IMG/VR virus record: IMGVR_UViG_3300037419_000445
Origin: a virus
Strand: one strand, 5' to 3'
Length of the DNA: 62,274 bases
Part shown: positions 34,958 to 44,769 of the stretch, in pieces
Numbering within the stretch: position 1 is the first letter of the stretch
How the letters are laid out: each line of letters begins with the position of its first letter
The notes under the pieces: generated by a model
What the model was told of the DNA's origin: nothing
The model's database searches: none
Seen by the model: the letters and a program-made list of their open reading frames with translations, nothing else
Translations under genes and position numbers: made by a program

Positions 34958-35173
34958 CTACTTGTCGGCCGTCTTCTTGAAGCGCTGCAAAATGTAGTTC
35001 TCTGGCATAGTTGTGCTTCTTGCCAATATCAGTTTTGCGGCAGCATCGAAGCACGAAAGCCTTTGCGCGCCGTCCTTAATGCTTGCGCACGTAAGAACAT
35101 CCTCATCTGTCGAGGCGTGTGCTGCACCAAGACACGCAATCAATAAAGCTGAAGCCAGGAAAATCTTATTCAT
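34958..35173 (-). CDS. minus-strand moron encoding a small secreted protein or lipoprotein
   Basis: MNKIFLASALLIAC|LGAAHAS has a signal peptide with lipobox-like LIAC. It fills the gap between two plus-strand genes exactly, with its stop adjacent to 34957 and its ATG adjacent to 35174. Confidence 0.55.
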   Translation of the reverse strand: MNKIFLASALLIACLGAAHASTDEDVLTCASIKDGAQRLSCFDAAAKLILARSTTMPENYILQRFKKTADK

Positions 35174-35389
35174 ATGAAAACAATCCGTATGATTAAGGAT
35201 TACTCCTATCGTGCCACTCCTCGCGTATTCTTGCAATACATCGGTGGCTGCACCTATGAGCGAGTTCCAGAGGCTGCCGTTCGCGCCATTGTCGGTGCGG
35301 ATGCTGGAGAAGTGGTTGATCCAGTTGAACCAATTGAGGTTAACGCAGTAGGCGATAAGAGCTTCATTGAGCGGTTAATGGGCCAATGA
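35174..35389 (+). CDS. hypothetical protein
   Basis: 71-aa ORF. Confidence 0.45.
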   Translation: MKTIRMIKDYSYRATPRVFLQYIGGCTYERVPEAAVRAIVGADAGEVVDPVEPIEVNAVGDKSFIERLMGQ

Positions 35390-35796
35390 TCGACCCCTCA
35401 TTTCCGCTTCAGACGGCAATCTTTGGCGCTCTGACCGCCGCTGGCACGCTGCCATCAGTTGTGGGCGGGCGCGTCTATGACGCGGCAGCACAGAACGCAG
35501 TAACTCCATATGTCTCGCTCGGAGACTGTCAAGTCCTACCTGACAAGTCAGGCTGCATTGACGGTGCAGAGTGTTATCCGATCATCGATGTGTGGTCGAC
35601 TTATAATGGCTACAAAGAAGCCAAAGAAATCGCTGCGGCGATCGTCGCGAAGTTGGACGACAAACCAGAAAACTTGAGTGTGTCTGGTTTCGATGTAGTC
35701 GTTTTTGAGATTGAGCAATACCAGCCGCTCCGTGACCCGGACGGCATCACGCGCCGGGTATCGCTGACATTTAAGGCGCTTCTTTCACCCGCCTAG
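35386..35796 (+). CDS. DUF3168-like tail completion / neck protein
   Basis: LQTAIFGALTAAGTLPSVVGGRVYD...PYVSLGD, positioned before the tail tube gene. Confidence 0.55.
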   Translation: MIDPSFPLQTAIFGALTAAGTLPSVVGGRVYDAAAQNAVTPYVSLGDCQVLPDKSGCIDGAECYPIIDVWSTYNGYKEAKEIAAAIVAKLDDKPENLSVSGFDVVVFEIEQYQPLRDPDGITRRVSLTFKALLSPA

Positions 35797-35884
35797 CCGG
35801 GATTTCACAACTAACCACCAGCGCGATAGCGCACTCTGCCGCCGTGAATAACGGCTTGCTGTTCTATGAAAGGAACATCGTACT

Positions 35885-36322
35885 ATGGCACAGCCGACCG
35901 TTCTCCCCGGCACAAAGCTCCTTATCCTTGTAGGTGACGGGGCGTCTCCTGAAGTGTTCGCCGAACCTTGCGGCTTGACGACCAAGTCGTTCGATCTGAC
36001 TGCCTCTACCAATACGACAGTCTTGCCCGATTGTGCCGATCCAGAAGCGCCCGCTTGGGAAGCTAAGGACGTTAATTCCCTGTCCGCTACCGTTAGCGGC
36101 ACTGGTGTCATGGCTGTTGAATCGTTCTCCACTTGGAACGATTGGTTCATGAGTGCTGCAGCGAAGAACGCTCAGATCAAACTGGATAATGCTACGCTTG
36201 GTCACTACGCGGGCACCTGGATTTTGAGTTCGTTCAAACTCGGTGGTCAGCGCGGCCAGAAGGTTACCGTTGATATCACTCTGGTGAACGATGGTGCAGT
36301 GACGTGGGTTGACGCGGCCTAA
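35885..36322 (+). CDS. major tail (tube) protein
   Basis: GTKLLILVGDGASPEVFAEPCGLTTKSFDLTASTN...VTVDITLVNDG, in the expected position. Confidence 0.75.
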   Translation: MAQPTVLPGTKLLILVGDGASPEVFAEPCGLTTKSFDLTASTNTTVLPDCADPEAPAWEAKDVNSLSATVSGTGVMAVESFSTWNDWFMSAAAKNAQIKLDNATLGHYAGTWILSSFKLGGQRGQKVTVDITLVNDGAVTWVDAA

Positions 36323-36831
36323 TGCCGTACAACCCGTCAGTCGCAAAGTTTAGATCAGACATGAAAACCATGGTCGCACAGACCAGGGATAATTTTCATG
36401 AGGTCATTCTTAAGCAGGCTGACGAGTTGATAGAGAATATGCGCGATGTGTGCCCAAAGGATACGGGCACACTTGCCGCATCCATTCGTAAAAAAGACAT
36501 CTCTATTATTACACCCGGCTCAATGACCGTCTCTGTCCTGGTTATCGCGGGCGGGAAGACGACAACAAAGCGAACTCTGGCCGGTCATACCTACGATTAT
36601 GCGGTGGCTACTGAGTTCGGAACTAAGAAAGAAACGCCAGAGCCGTTCTTTTTCAACACCGCCCGCAGGTATGAGCAGGGAAGTTCTGAACAATATAAAG
36701 AAACGTTGGAAGAGACGATAAAAGAAAACAACGAGATCAGACAGATCAGGGCTGACAACGAAAATAACCAAACTTCCGTAAACCATCGCGGCGCTGTTGT
36801 TTCTTCAAAAATCAAGAATGCGAAACTATGA
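36322..36831 (+). CDS. HK97 gp10-family protein
   Basis: CPKDTGTLAASIRKK...YAVATEFGTKKETPEPFFFN. Confidence 0.55.
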   Translation: MPYNPSVAKFRSDMKTMVAQTRDNFHEVILKQADELIENMRDVCPKDTGTLAASIRKKDISIITPGSMTVSVLVIAGGKTTTKRTLAGHTYDYAVATEFGTKKETPEPFFFNTARRYEQGSSEQYKETLEETIKENNEIRQIRADNENNQTSVNHRGAVVSSKIKNAKL

Positions 36832-37265
36832 GTGCTGACGGTTCGATAGAACTTGTATGGGCTGACGAAACGCGGCGCTTTCGCATTGGCATCGGAGAAT
36901 TCCGCTCCCTTCAAGAAAGCGTAAATTCTAGGCGCGTCTTAATCGGGGCACAGCCAGTTGGTCCTGGTGGCCTGCTTGATCTTTTACGCACCAAAAATGC
37001 GTGGCCGGATGACGTTCGTGATGTGCTTAAGGCCGGCCTAATTGGCGGCGGTCTGGAGTTTCAAGAGGCAAATAAACTTCTGGTGCGTCATTTCGACGGG
37101 AAGCCACTTCTTGAGCATTCCAAGACGGCGTTTCCAGTGCTTCTCGCCGCTCTAGTCGGCGTTCCAGACGATGAGCCGTCAAAAAAAAAGACGGAAGCGA
37201 CAGTGACGACGGAGAAGACGGACCAATCCAATTCTCTGTCGTCTACGGAAACGGTGCAGCAATAG
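36828..37265 (+). CDS. tail assembly chaperone (G-like, zero-frame product)
   Basis: IELVWADETRRFRIGIGEFRSLQE is GTA-type TAC-like. It lies immediately upstream of the tape measure gene. Confidence 0.7.
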   Translation: MSADGSIELVWADETRRFRIGIGEFRSLQESVNSRRVLIGAQPVGPGGLLDLLRTKNAWPDDVRDVLKAGLIGGGLEFQEANKLLVRHFDGKPLLEHSKTAFPVLLAALVGVPDDEPSKKKTEATVTTEKTDQSNSLSSTETVQQ

Positions 37266-37411
37266 GCTTCACGCCAGAGCAGGTAGATAAGTGCTCTTTC
37301 TGGCAAATGCGCGCGTGTATTGCCGGTTACAATAAATCAAATAACGCTGAAGATGAGGTTAGACCTCCCAGCGATTCAGAATTCGACGATATGGTCGCGA
37401 GGCTAACTTAG
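36828..37411 (+). CDS. tail assembly chaperone -1 frameshift product (G-T-like)
   Basis: The slippery A_AAA_AAG lies at 37184-37190 within a run of nine A. The -1 frame is open from 37175 to the TAG at 37409-37411 and encodes ...IGFTPEQVDKCSFWQMRACIAGYNKS...DDMVARLT. Confidence 0.65.
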
Positions 37412-39504
37412 TGTCAAACGATCTCGTGGTTCAGCTTGGAGCGAAGCTGGATCAATTCTCTCGCGACATGGACCAGGCTGGTGATATTGCTGACCAAGCG
37501 GTCAGCGATATCGAGAGCAAGTTTGCGAATCTGAACCCGACAATCGGCGGCTTTGCCTCTTTGGGTATTGCCGCCGCAAGTGTTACTGGGGCCGTTACAA
37601 CTCTGCTGACGGCGCTCGCGCACGTCAATAGTGAACTTGCAGACCTTCAGCGCAATTCTGAATTCGTCGGTGTTACGACAGATCGCTTCCAGCGCATTCA
37701 GTTCGCCGCTGGTCAAGGTGGTGTGTCGTCGAGTGACACCGTTACTGACCTTCGTAAGGTTGCCTCTCTACTGGCAGATGCGAAACAGAACGAAAACTCG
37801 CTGACGCGCCTACTTGATGCCAACAACATCAAGTACAAGGACCGCAACGGCCAGATTATTACGCTCAATCAGCTTTTGACGATTGCCGGCGGACTTCTCA
37901 ATAAATTTGACTCTATGCCAGAGAAGACCAAGGCGGCGCAAATGCTTGGTCTATCCCAAGGGTGGGTTGAGGCTCTTCGCAACGGCAGCAAGACGTTTGA
38001 AGATATCGCTGCGGGAGCAGACGATGCGGGTGCGGTGATCGACCGTGAGACGGTTGCTAAGGCCGCTGAGTTTGACCGCGCGTGGAAACGTTCAACGGCG
38101 CAGCTCGGAGCGCAGTTTAAGTCTGTTACTGCGGATATCGCTATTTGGCTGGATGACCTGATTGAGAAGGCCGGTAAGCTACTTGAGGAAACATTAAGGG
38201 CGCAGGGCGTTCAGGCCGGTAGCGGGCAAGAAAAATTCGACGCTTATGCAGATGCACTCGATATCCTCAGAAAGGATATGCAGGGCGCTGCACAAGATGC
38301 AGATCAAGTTGCGCGCGTTATTGAACGCATGAAGAATTCAGGGAAGGGCGACCCTGAGATCATTGCTGGCCTTGAGTTAATTCGTGCCAAGGCGCTCCTG
38401 ACCACCAAGCAACTTCAAGAAGCGGCAGAAGCACAATCAAAGCTTAATTTTCCTGATGGTGTACCAACTCCAAAGTCCCGTCCGGCGTCAGCTAATAACG
38501 ACGATCCAAATGCTGCAAAACTTCCCAACCGACTAAATGGCACAAGGGACGCATTTGATCGCTCGTCTGAAGCCATTGCCAAGCATACGGCGCGGATGGA
38601 GGCGGATGCTGAGTCGGTGGGCAAGGGGGCGGCTGCGCAGGAGGAGTTGCGCGCTAGTTCACAGCTTCTAACCGCAGCCCAACAGGCCGGTATCCCAATC
38701 AACCAGAAAGTCTTGGATCAAATCCAAGACTTGGCTCAGGACGCAGGCGATGCGGCAGAGTCGTTAGCTAGAGCAAAAGTCGCATCAGATACTGATTTTG
38801 GATTGAAGTCAGCGTTTCTCACCCCTCAAGACCTAGCTATTGCCCAGCAGTTAAAGGGCATTTACGGAAACGATATTCCGACTGCTCTTGCCAGTACGGA
38901 AGCGGCTGGTCTTCGTGCCGCGGCGACGCTTAGACAGCTTGGCACGCTAGGACAAGACGTCAACCGAAGTTTCCTTGTGGACTTCACCACGCAAATCCGT
39001 AATGGCGCGTCTGCCATGGATGCGCTCAAGACTGCAGGCGTAAATGCACTTGGGAAGATCGCAGATAAGCTTGTCTCGATGGCTGCGGACAATCTGTGGG
39101 CATCGGCGTTTGGTGGCAGTAGCGGATTGGGCGGGTTCTTCGGCACATTGTTTGGCGGCGGTGCTAGTAGTGGACTGAGCGCGCCACAGAGTATCCTCCC
39201 GCCAATCTATGGCGATGGGACTGACAACCATCCAGGAGGGCTTGCAATTGTTGGCGATAGAGGCCCAGAACTGGTCAATCTTCCGCGTGGATCGCAAGTT
39301 ATCCCTAACGACGTCCTTCGCAATAGTGGGGTAGGCGGTGGTGTCTCCGTCTCCGTGGGCGGCAGCACCGTAGTGGTGCAGGGCGACGCTAGCGAGAAAA
39401 CGCTCGCGCTTATCAGTCAGGCGCTTGTCGCGCACGATGCCTCATTGCCTCCAAAGGTTGTCTCGGCCGTCCTCGACGCGAAGAAGAGGCGGGTACTGGC
39501 ATGA
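37411..39504 (+). CDS. tail tape measure protein
   Basis: 697 aa, helical and Ala/Gln-rich with a Gly-rich C-terminus, positioned after the chaperone frameshift. Confidence 0.9.
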   Translation: MSNDLVVQLGAKLDQFSRDMDQAGDIADQAVSDIESKFANLNPTIGGFASLGIAAASVTGAVTTLLTALAHVNSELADLQRNSEFVGVTTDRFQRIQFAAGQGGVSSSDTVTDLRKVASLLADAKQNENSLTRLLDANNIKYKDRNGQIITLNQLLTIAGGLLNKFDSMPEKTKAAQMLGLSQGWVEALRNGSKTFEDIAAGADDAGAVIDRETVAKAAEFDRAWKRSTAQLGAQFKSVTADIAIWLDDLIEKAGKLLEETLRAQGVQAGSGQEKFDAYADALDILRKDMQGAAQDADQVARVIERMKNSGKGDPEIIAGLELIRAKALLTTKQLQEAAEAQSKLNFPDGVPTPKSRPASANNDDPNAAKLPNRLNGTRDAFDRSSEAIAKHTARMEADAESVGKGAAAQEELRASSQLLTAAQQAGIPINQKVLDQIQDLAQDAGDAAESLARAKVASDTDFGLKSAFLTPQDLAIAQQLKGIYGNDIPTALASTEAAGLRAAATLRQLGTLGQDVNRSFLVDFTTQIRNGASAMDALKTAGVNALGKIADKLVSMAADNLWASAFGGSSGLGGFFGTLFGGGASSGLSAPQSILPPIYGDGTDNHPGGLAIVGDRGPELVNLPRGSQVIPNDVLRNSGVGGGVSVSVGGSTVVVQGDASEKTLALISQALVAHDASLPPKVVSAVLDAKKRRVLA

Positions 39505-40151
39505 GCATTACCTACCCAATTGATCTGCTCGCCACGTTCCCAGGCTGGACCACGGTTTTTGAACCGTCATACCGGCAGGAACAATCTCGCGTCGCTGGCG
39601 GAAAGACTTACATCAAAGACCTTGGCGACCCGCTTTGGTCGCTGACTGCGCAGTCGCGCCAGTTAAGCCCGAATGAATTGGACTATTGGCGCGCTCGACT
39701 TGATGCCATGGAGAACGGCTTACAGACGCTCTACGGATGGCAAATGTCTCGGTACTATCCGATCAAGTATCCGCGCGGGACGTGGCCTACTGGCGTTGCG
39801 TTTGATGGCACGGCAACACTTCTTAGCGTGGGCACAGATCGCAAGTCGATTTCCATTAGCGGCTTGCCGGCCGGTTATGTCGTTTCCATTGGCGACATGG
39901 TGCAGGTTGGTACTGATCTCCATCGCGTGATGGAGGACTCTACCGCAAGCGGTGCCGGCGAAACATCAGAGTTTGAGGTTCGTCCGCATATCTGGCCCGG
40001 TGTTGCTGCTGGCGGCAGTCCTGCAACGACGGCGACTGTTAAGCGTCCGGCCTGCGTCATGGCAATCGTTCCTGGATCCATCCAGAGCCAAGCCGACCCC
40101 CAGACAGGTTGGGGTGCAGTATCGTTTCAAGCGATTGAGGCGCGAGGGTAA
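39501..40151 (+). CDS. minor tail protein (distal tail candidate)
   Basis: Assigned by its position after the tape measure gene, with an ATGA overlap. No motif recognised. Confidence 0.45.
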   Translation: MSITYPIDLLATFPGWTTVFEPSYRQEQSRVAGGKTYIKDLGDPLWSLTAQSRQLSPNELDYWRARLDAMENGLQTLYGWQMSRYYPIKYPRGTWPTGVAFDGTATLLSVGTDRKSISISGLPAGYVVSIGDMVQVGTDLHRVMEDSTASGAGETSEFEVRPHIWPGVAAGGSPATTATVKRPACVMAIVPGSIQSQADPQTGWGAVSFQAIEARG

Positions 40152-40804
40152 TGCGCGCAATCTCCTCAGAAAACTACGCAGCTCTACAGGACCGCCGCTT
40201 AGTTGCGCGAGACTTCATTTGGTTTATCGTCCGCGACCGCACAACCGGTGAGGCCGTTACTGACGGTTATTGGTCCGGCGCTGGTTTCATCACCACAGAC
40301 GTTATCGATCCGAACACTGGCGGCGTTGCCACGCGCTCGTTCAATGGCGCTGGCCAGCTTATCCAGATTTCCGATATCCCGCTTGTTTCGAACATCACTG
40401 TTCAGAATGTAACGATAAAGCTCAATCAGGTTGCAGACCACGTCAACGACCTTATCCGCAGCTACGATTGCAAGCAGGGCCAGGTTCAAATCTGGCGCGG
40501 TTTATTCGATCCGAACAGCAGGCAGTTGGTGTCGCCCGCACCTCCGCGGTTCTTTGGCTTTATCGACCAGATCGAAATTCTGACTCCAGCCGAGAACTCG
40601 GAAGGTGGCGTAACACTTACTTGCACTTCCCACACGCAGGAAATGACGCGGTACAATCCTGATACTCGCTCGGATGCCAGCCAAAGGTTGCGCGCCGCAA
40701 ACGACAATTTCTATCAGGACACAGCGACTATCGGCACCGCTCAGTTCTTCTGGGGACGCGCAAACGGCACCGTGCATACTACCTTTAACAAGAAGTTCGG
40801 ATGA
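40151..40804 (+). CDS. minor tail protein
   Basis: Assigned by position. The C-tail carries RAANDNFYQ (40697-40708). Confidence 0.45.
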   Translation: MRAISSENYAALQDRRLVARDFIWFIVRDRTTGEAVTDGYWSGAGFITTDVIDPNTGGVATRSFNGAGQLIQISDIPLVSNITVQNVTIKLNQVADHVNDLIRSYDCKQGQVQIWRGLFDPNSRQLVSPAPPRFFGFIDQIEILTPAENSEGGVTLTCTSHTQEMTRYNPDTRSDASQRLRAANDNFYQDTATIGTAQFFWGRANGTVHTTFNKKFG

Positions 40805-41262
40805 TCCGTCGCGGCCGACTATCTGACGCGCCGCGCGCTGTTGAGTTGCTGCGCGATAGCCGAACCGGTGCTGGCTTCCACAATCCGGACGGCGTGTCGG
40901 GCTTCGTGTTTCCGTTCGATCCTGACTATGCCGAGCGAATGTTCCTGCGCTATTTGGCCGGCGATCGTCTGCTTTGCTTAGTGCTTGATGTTGACGGTGT
41001 AGCGCAGGGCCTTCTGCTCGCTCACGCATACGAACATGAATTTGGCCCAGTGTGGCTCGCACAGGAACGTGTGTGGTGGATAGATCCAGCGCACAGGGGA
41101 ATCGCCGCAATCAAGATGCTCGACGCATATGATGATTGGTGGCGCAGCGAGGGCTGCTCGTTCGGTGGAATGGGTGGCATGGGCGAAGACCCAGCGGTTC
41201 GCAAACTCTACGAGCGGCGCGGATATCGCGTCGCAGAGACGCATTTTTTGAAGGCCGCCTAA
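40801..41262 (+). CDS. GNAT-family N-acetyltransferase inside the tail module
   Basis: RVWWIDPAHRGIAAIKMLDAYDDWW...VRKLYERRGYRV is the GNAT core. Confidence 0.6.
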   Translation: MIRRGRLSDAPRAVELLRDSRTGAGFHNPDGVSGFVFPFDPDYAERMFLRYLAGDRLLCLVLDVDGVAQGLLLAHAYEHEFGPVWLAQERVWWIDPAHRGIAAIKMLDAYDDWWRSEGCSFGGMGGMGEDPAVRKLYERRGYRVAETHFLKAA

Positions 41263-41321
41263 GCGCGAGCCTGCTGCTGGCCATGGCCGGCGCTCCATAA
41301 AATCCAAGGACTGTCCTCAGC

Positions 41322-43892
41322 GTGGTTATTTTTACCGCATTAGTTGCGCTTGCGGAGGGTGCTGTCGCTTTCATCGGCGGCCTCGGCGCTATCGGCACAT
41401 TCGCGCTGCAGATGGCGGCCGGAATTGGCGTCAGCTATCTGGCCAAAGCGCTTGCCGGCAAGAAGCCAAACGCTGCGCCGCAAGGTCCGTCCGGCGTTCA
41501 AGGCTCACTCTCGACTGGCGGCGACGTTGCGCGCTCGTTTATGGTCGGTAAGGGCGCGACAGCTGGATCGCTTGTTTACGCCAATACGTGGGGCAACGAC
41601 GGACAGACGCCGAACGCTTACTTTACCCAGGTTATCGCGCTCAGTGATCTGCCGATTTCATCACTGAATGAAGTCTGGGTAAACGGCACCAAAATTACGC
41701 TTAGCGACACCGCGGACGCTGACAAAGGCTATCCAGCTACTGAATACTTCAAAGACGGCAAAGACCATCTTTGGATTAAGTTCTACGACGGCACACAGAC
41801 TGCCGCTGACTCGTATCTCACATCCAAGGTTAGCAGCACAGATCGCCCCTACGAATCCACTCGCGTAGGCACTGGCGTTTCTTACGCCATCTGTACATCA
41901 CTTGTCGAAGACACGCTGTTTACCGGGTTTCCGTCGTTTCTGTTCGGCGTTTCCGGCGTCAAGTTCTACGACCCGTCGAAAGACGACACCGCGGGCGGGT
42001 CTGGGGCGCATCGCTATTCCGACCCGACCACGTGGGGCGGTGACGGCGACGATTATCCGGCAGTGCAGATTTACAATCTTCTGCGCGGCCTACAGTATCA
42101 GAACAAGTGGTTCTACGGGCTGCAAAGCCTCGCGGCAGCGCGTCTGCCTGCCGCCAACTGGATTGCGCAGATCAATAAGTGCCGCGCTGGCATAGATGCC
42201 GGCGGCGCAACGACTGAGCCTACCTACCGCTCGGGCGGCCAGATTGAACTGTCCTCGCAGCTTGCCGACACCGTCGAAAGCCTTCTGACGACGTGCCAAG
42301 GCAAGCTTGCAGAGGTCGGCGGCTTCTACAAGGTGTTCCTTGGGGCGCCGGATAGCCCGGTCTTCTCGTTCACTGACGCCGATATTCTTTCGACTGAGGA
42401 ACAGTCGTTCACACCGTTCTTCGGCCTGTCGGACACCATCAATGGCGTAACTGCAAAATATCCAGACCCAGAGCAGGGCTGGCAGACAACTGCCGCGCCT
42501 CCGCTGTATCGCACCGACCTTGAGGTTGAGGCCGGCAACAGACGCCTGCTAACGGACGTGTCGTTGGACTTTGTGCCGTACTCGGCACAGGCCCAGCGGT
42601 TGATGAAGTCTGCGCTAGACGCTGCGCAGCGTGCGCGTAGGCACACGATCGCGTTCCCGCCGATGTTTTGGTACGTCGAGCCGGGTGACGTTGGCGAGTG
42701 GACCAGCGCGCGCAACGGCTACGATGCCAAACTATTTGAAGTAAACGGCGCGGTTGATAAAGCCAACCTCGACGTCACGCTCGACCTTACCGAAGTCGAT
42801 CCGTCTGACTACGACTGGAACCACGATACTGATTTCCAGTCTAGCGTTCCCGGCGCTACGGTTTCTGTTCCACCGGTCCCGCAGGGCGTTGTCGATTGGG
42901 CGGTTGAGGGCGTCGTTCTAAAGGACGCCGCTGGCAACGACAGGCGTCCTGCCATCCGCATGACGTGGGATGGCGACATGCCGGGCGTGGTCGGCATCCA
43001 GTACGAGGTTCGCCTCAAGTCCGACGCTTCCGACGTTACGCGAGGGCGCACTGACCAACTTGCTGCAGCGGCCATTATTGTCACGCAATCAATTCTGCCG
43101 AATACGCAGTATCAGGCGCGCGGCCAGTACCTGCCTTCCACGCCGCGCGACATGCTGTGGTCAGATTGGCTCGACGTTACTACGCCTGACACGAGGCTTA
43201 CTGCGCTTGATTTCGACCCGGAGGCATTGACCGCCGCCGTCTCGAACCAGTTTCAGGTTGGCGACGACAAGGTGCGGGCGCTGGTGCAGTTGGTCGCCGC
43301 CACTGTCGCGCAGATTGCTGGAAAATCTGCGGTCGATAAGACGCTTATCCGCTCCGATCTGCATGCCGTGTCAGGGGCGCTGACTGCATCAATTAGCGAG
43401 GTAAGAACCGTTGCTGCATCGGCTACCGAGGCAGTCGCAAGTCTCGACACTTCGGTTCAGGCGACGTTTGAAGAGCAGTCCGCGTTCATCACAACGAACC
43501 AGACAGCCGTTGCGGATATCAACGGCAAGCTCGGCACGCAATGGACCGTGACTCTCGACGTCAACAACTACGTCAGCGGAGTTCAGGCGTACAATGATGG
43601 CACAACGTCGGCGTTCGTAATTTCTGCAGATCTGTTTCAGGTGGCATGGCCAAATGTAACTGGCGGCGCTCCTGTGACTGTATTCCAGATTGCCGACGTG
43701 GACGGCGCGGCAAAGTTGGCATTCCGCGGCGACATGATCGCCGATGGTTCGATCGAAGCGCAGAAGATCAGCGCAGAAGAAGTCAGTTCTGTGTTCGCGA
43801 GCTTCGGGAATATGCAAGCCGGCATCATCCAAAGCCCGGATGGCAAATATGTCATCGATCTAGAGAACGGTCGCGAGATCATCAGTGACTAG
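41322..43892 (+). CDS. host-specificity / central tail fibre protein (gpJ-like)
   Basis: 856 aa. It has an N-terminal hydrophobic segment and then GSLVYANTWGNDGQTPNAYFTQVIALSDLPISSLNEVWVNG. GTG start. Confidence 0.7.
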   Translation: MVIFTALVALAEGAVAFIGGLGAIGTFALQMAAGIGVSYLAKALAGKKPNAAPQGPSGVQGSLSTGGDVARSFMVGKGATAGSLVYANTWGNDGQTPNAYFTQVIALSDLPISSLNEVWVNGTKITLSDTADADKGYPATEYFKDGKDHLWIKFYDGTQTAADSYLTSKVSSTDRPYESTRVGTGVSYAICTSLVEDTLFTGFPSFLFGVSGVKFYDPSKDDTAGGSGAHRYSDPTTWGGDGDDYPAVQIYNLLRGLQYQNKWFYGLQSLAAARLPAANWIAQINKCRAGIDAGGATTEPTYRSGGQIELSSQLADTVESLLTTCQGKLAEVGGFYKVFLGAPDSPVFSFTDADILSTEEQSFTPFFGLSDTINGVTAKYPDPEQGWQTTAAPPLYRTDLEVEAGNRRLLTDVSLDFVPYSAQAQRLMKSALDAAQRARRHTIAFPPMFWYVEPGDVGEWTSARNGYDAKLFEVNGAVDKANLDVTLDLTEVDPSDYDWNHDTDFQSSVPGATVSVPPVPQGVVDWAVEGVVLKDAAGNDRRPAIRMTWDGDMPGVVGIQYEVRLKSDASDVTRGRTDQLAAAAIIVTQSILPNTQYQARGQYLPSTPRDMLWSDWLDVTTPDTRLTALDFDPEALTAAVSNQFQVGDDKVRALVQLVAATVAQIAGKSAVDKTLIRSDLHAVSGALTASISEVRTVAASATEAVASLDTSVQATFEEQSAFITTNQTAVADINGKLGTQWTVTLDVNNYVSGVQAYNDGTTSAFVISADLFQVAWPNVTGGAPVTVFQIADVDGAAKLAFRGDMIADGSIEAQKISAEEVSSVFASFGNMQAGIIQSPDGKYVIDLENGREIISD

Positions 43893-44313
43893 GCGAATTG
43901 TCAGCGGTAACTTTGGCGGAGCGAACCCTGGTTTCAGAGTTTCGAACCCCGGCTTCGACGCGGTTACAGAGGCGATAAACTCACAGAACATTCCTCTCGA
44001 TACTAACGTCAATTACATTGGTTCGGTTGTTGCGGCTGGCCTTGTCCAGTGCGGCGGCTCGCCGGTGAGTTTTCCGACGATGCCATATGTTCCTATCGCG
44101 GTGATTTACCCGTGGGATGGAACGAACCTGACGCTCTACAATATCCGCAACTTCACAAACGGAAGCCGAACGCACCTATGGGTGCCGGCCGTAGCGATTA
44201 TCGATCAATCTTCCATCACGGTTCGGCAATTCAACCTTCCATTTTACAACCCGCTGGCGTTCTACAATCCTAACGGACAGTGGTTTGCATACAGCGTTTT
44301 TGCGACGGGTTAG
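43885..44313 (+). CDS. tail-associated protein, paralog 1 of 3
   Basis: The N-terminus RRIVSGNFGGANPGFRVSNPGFDAVT is related to the next two ORFs. Confidence 0.5.
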   Translation: MTRRIVSGNFGGANPGFRVSNPGFDAVTEAINSQNIPLDTNVNYIGSVVAAGLVQCGGSPVSFPTMPYVPIAVIYPWDGTNLTLYNIRNFTNGSRTHLWVPAVAIIDQSSITVRQFNLPFYNPLAFYNPNGQWFAYSVFATG

Positions 44314-44769
44314 ATGTCAACGCGCAGAGCACTGAGGGGTAGGCGAAACGGAGTTTACGGGATTTGGGTTTCAAAGTCAGGGAAAGACGTGCTCACCGCA
44401 CAGCCAGGCGAGTTCGTATTCGATAGTTCGTCCATTGCATATCAAAAAGTCATGTCTGGCTCGACCACTGTTCTTATTAATCAAGGTGTTGGTGGTTCGC
44501 AAACAACTCAAGTCGCGTTGCCAGCAGAATACGCAGCCTATTCACACCTGCAAATGTGGGCGACAGTTACGCAGGTTCTCATGAGAAATGGCAGCGTAAT
44601 AGAAACTTTGGACGCCACATTCGACGGATTTACTAGCATGAGCATGAAGATTGTAAGCGGCGTTCTTACATTTTTTTGCACAAGCCTCCAAGATACTCGC
44701 GTTTTTGCCCCAACCCAATATCGCTTCGTTGCAAATTGGGCGATTTTCAACGCTAGGATCGACGCATGA
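44314..44769 (+). CDS. tail-associated protein, paralog 2 of 3
   Basis: GIWVSKSGKDVLTAQPGEFVFDSS. Confidence 0.5.
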   Translation: MSTRRALRGRRNGVYGIWVSKSGKDVLTAQPGEFVFDSSSIAYQKVMSGSTTVLINQGVGGSQTTQVALPAEYAAYSHLQMWATVTQVLMRNGSVIETLDATFDGFTSMSMKIVSGVLTFFCTSLQDTRVFAPTQYRFVANWAIFNARIDA

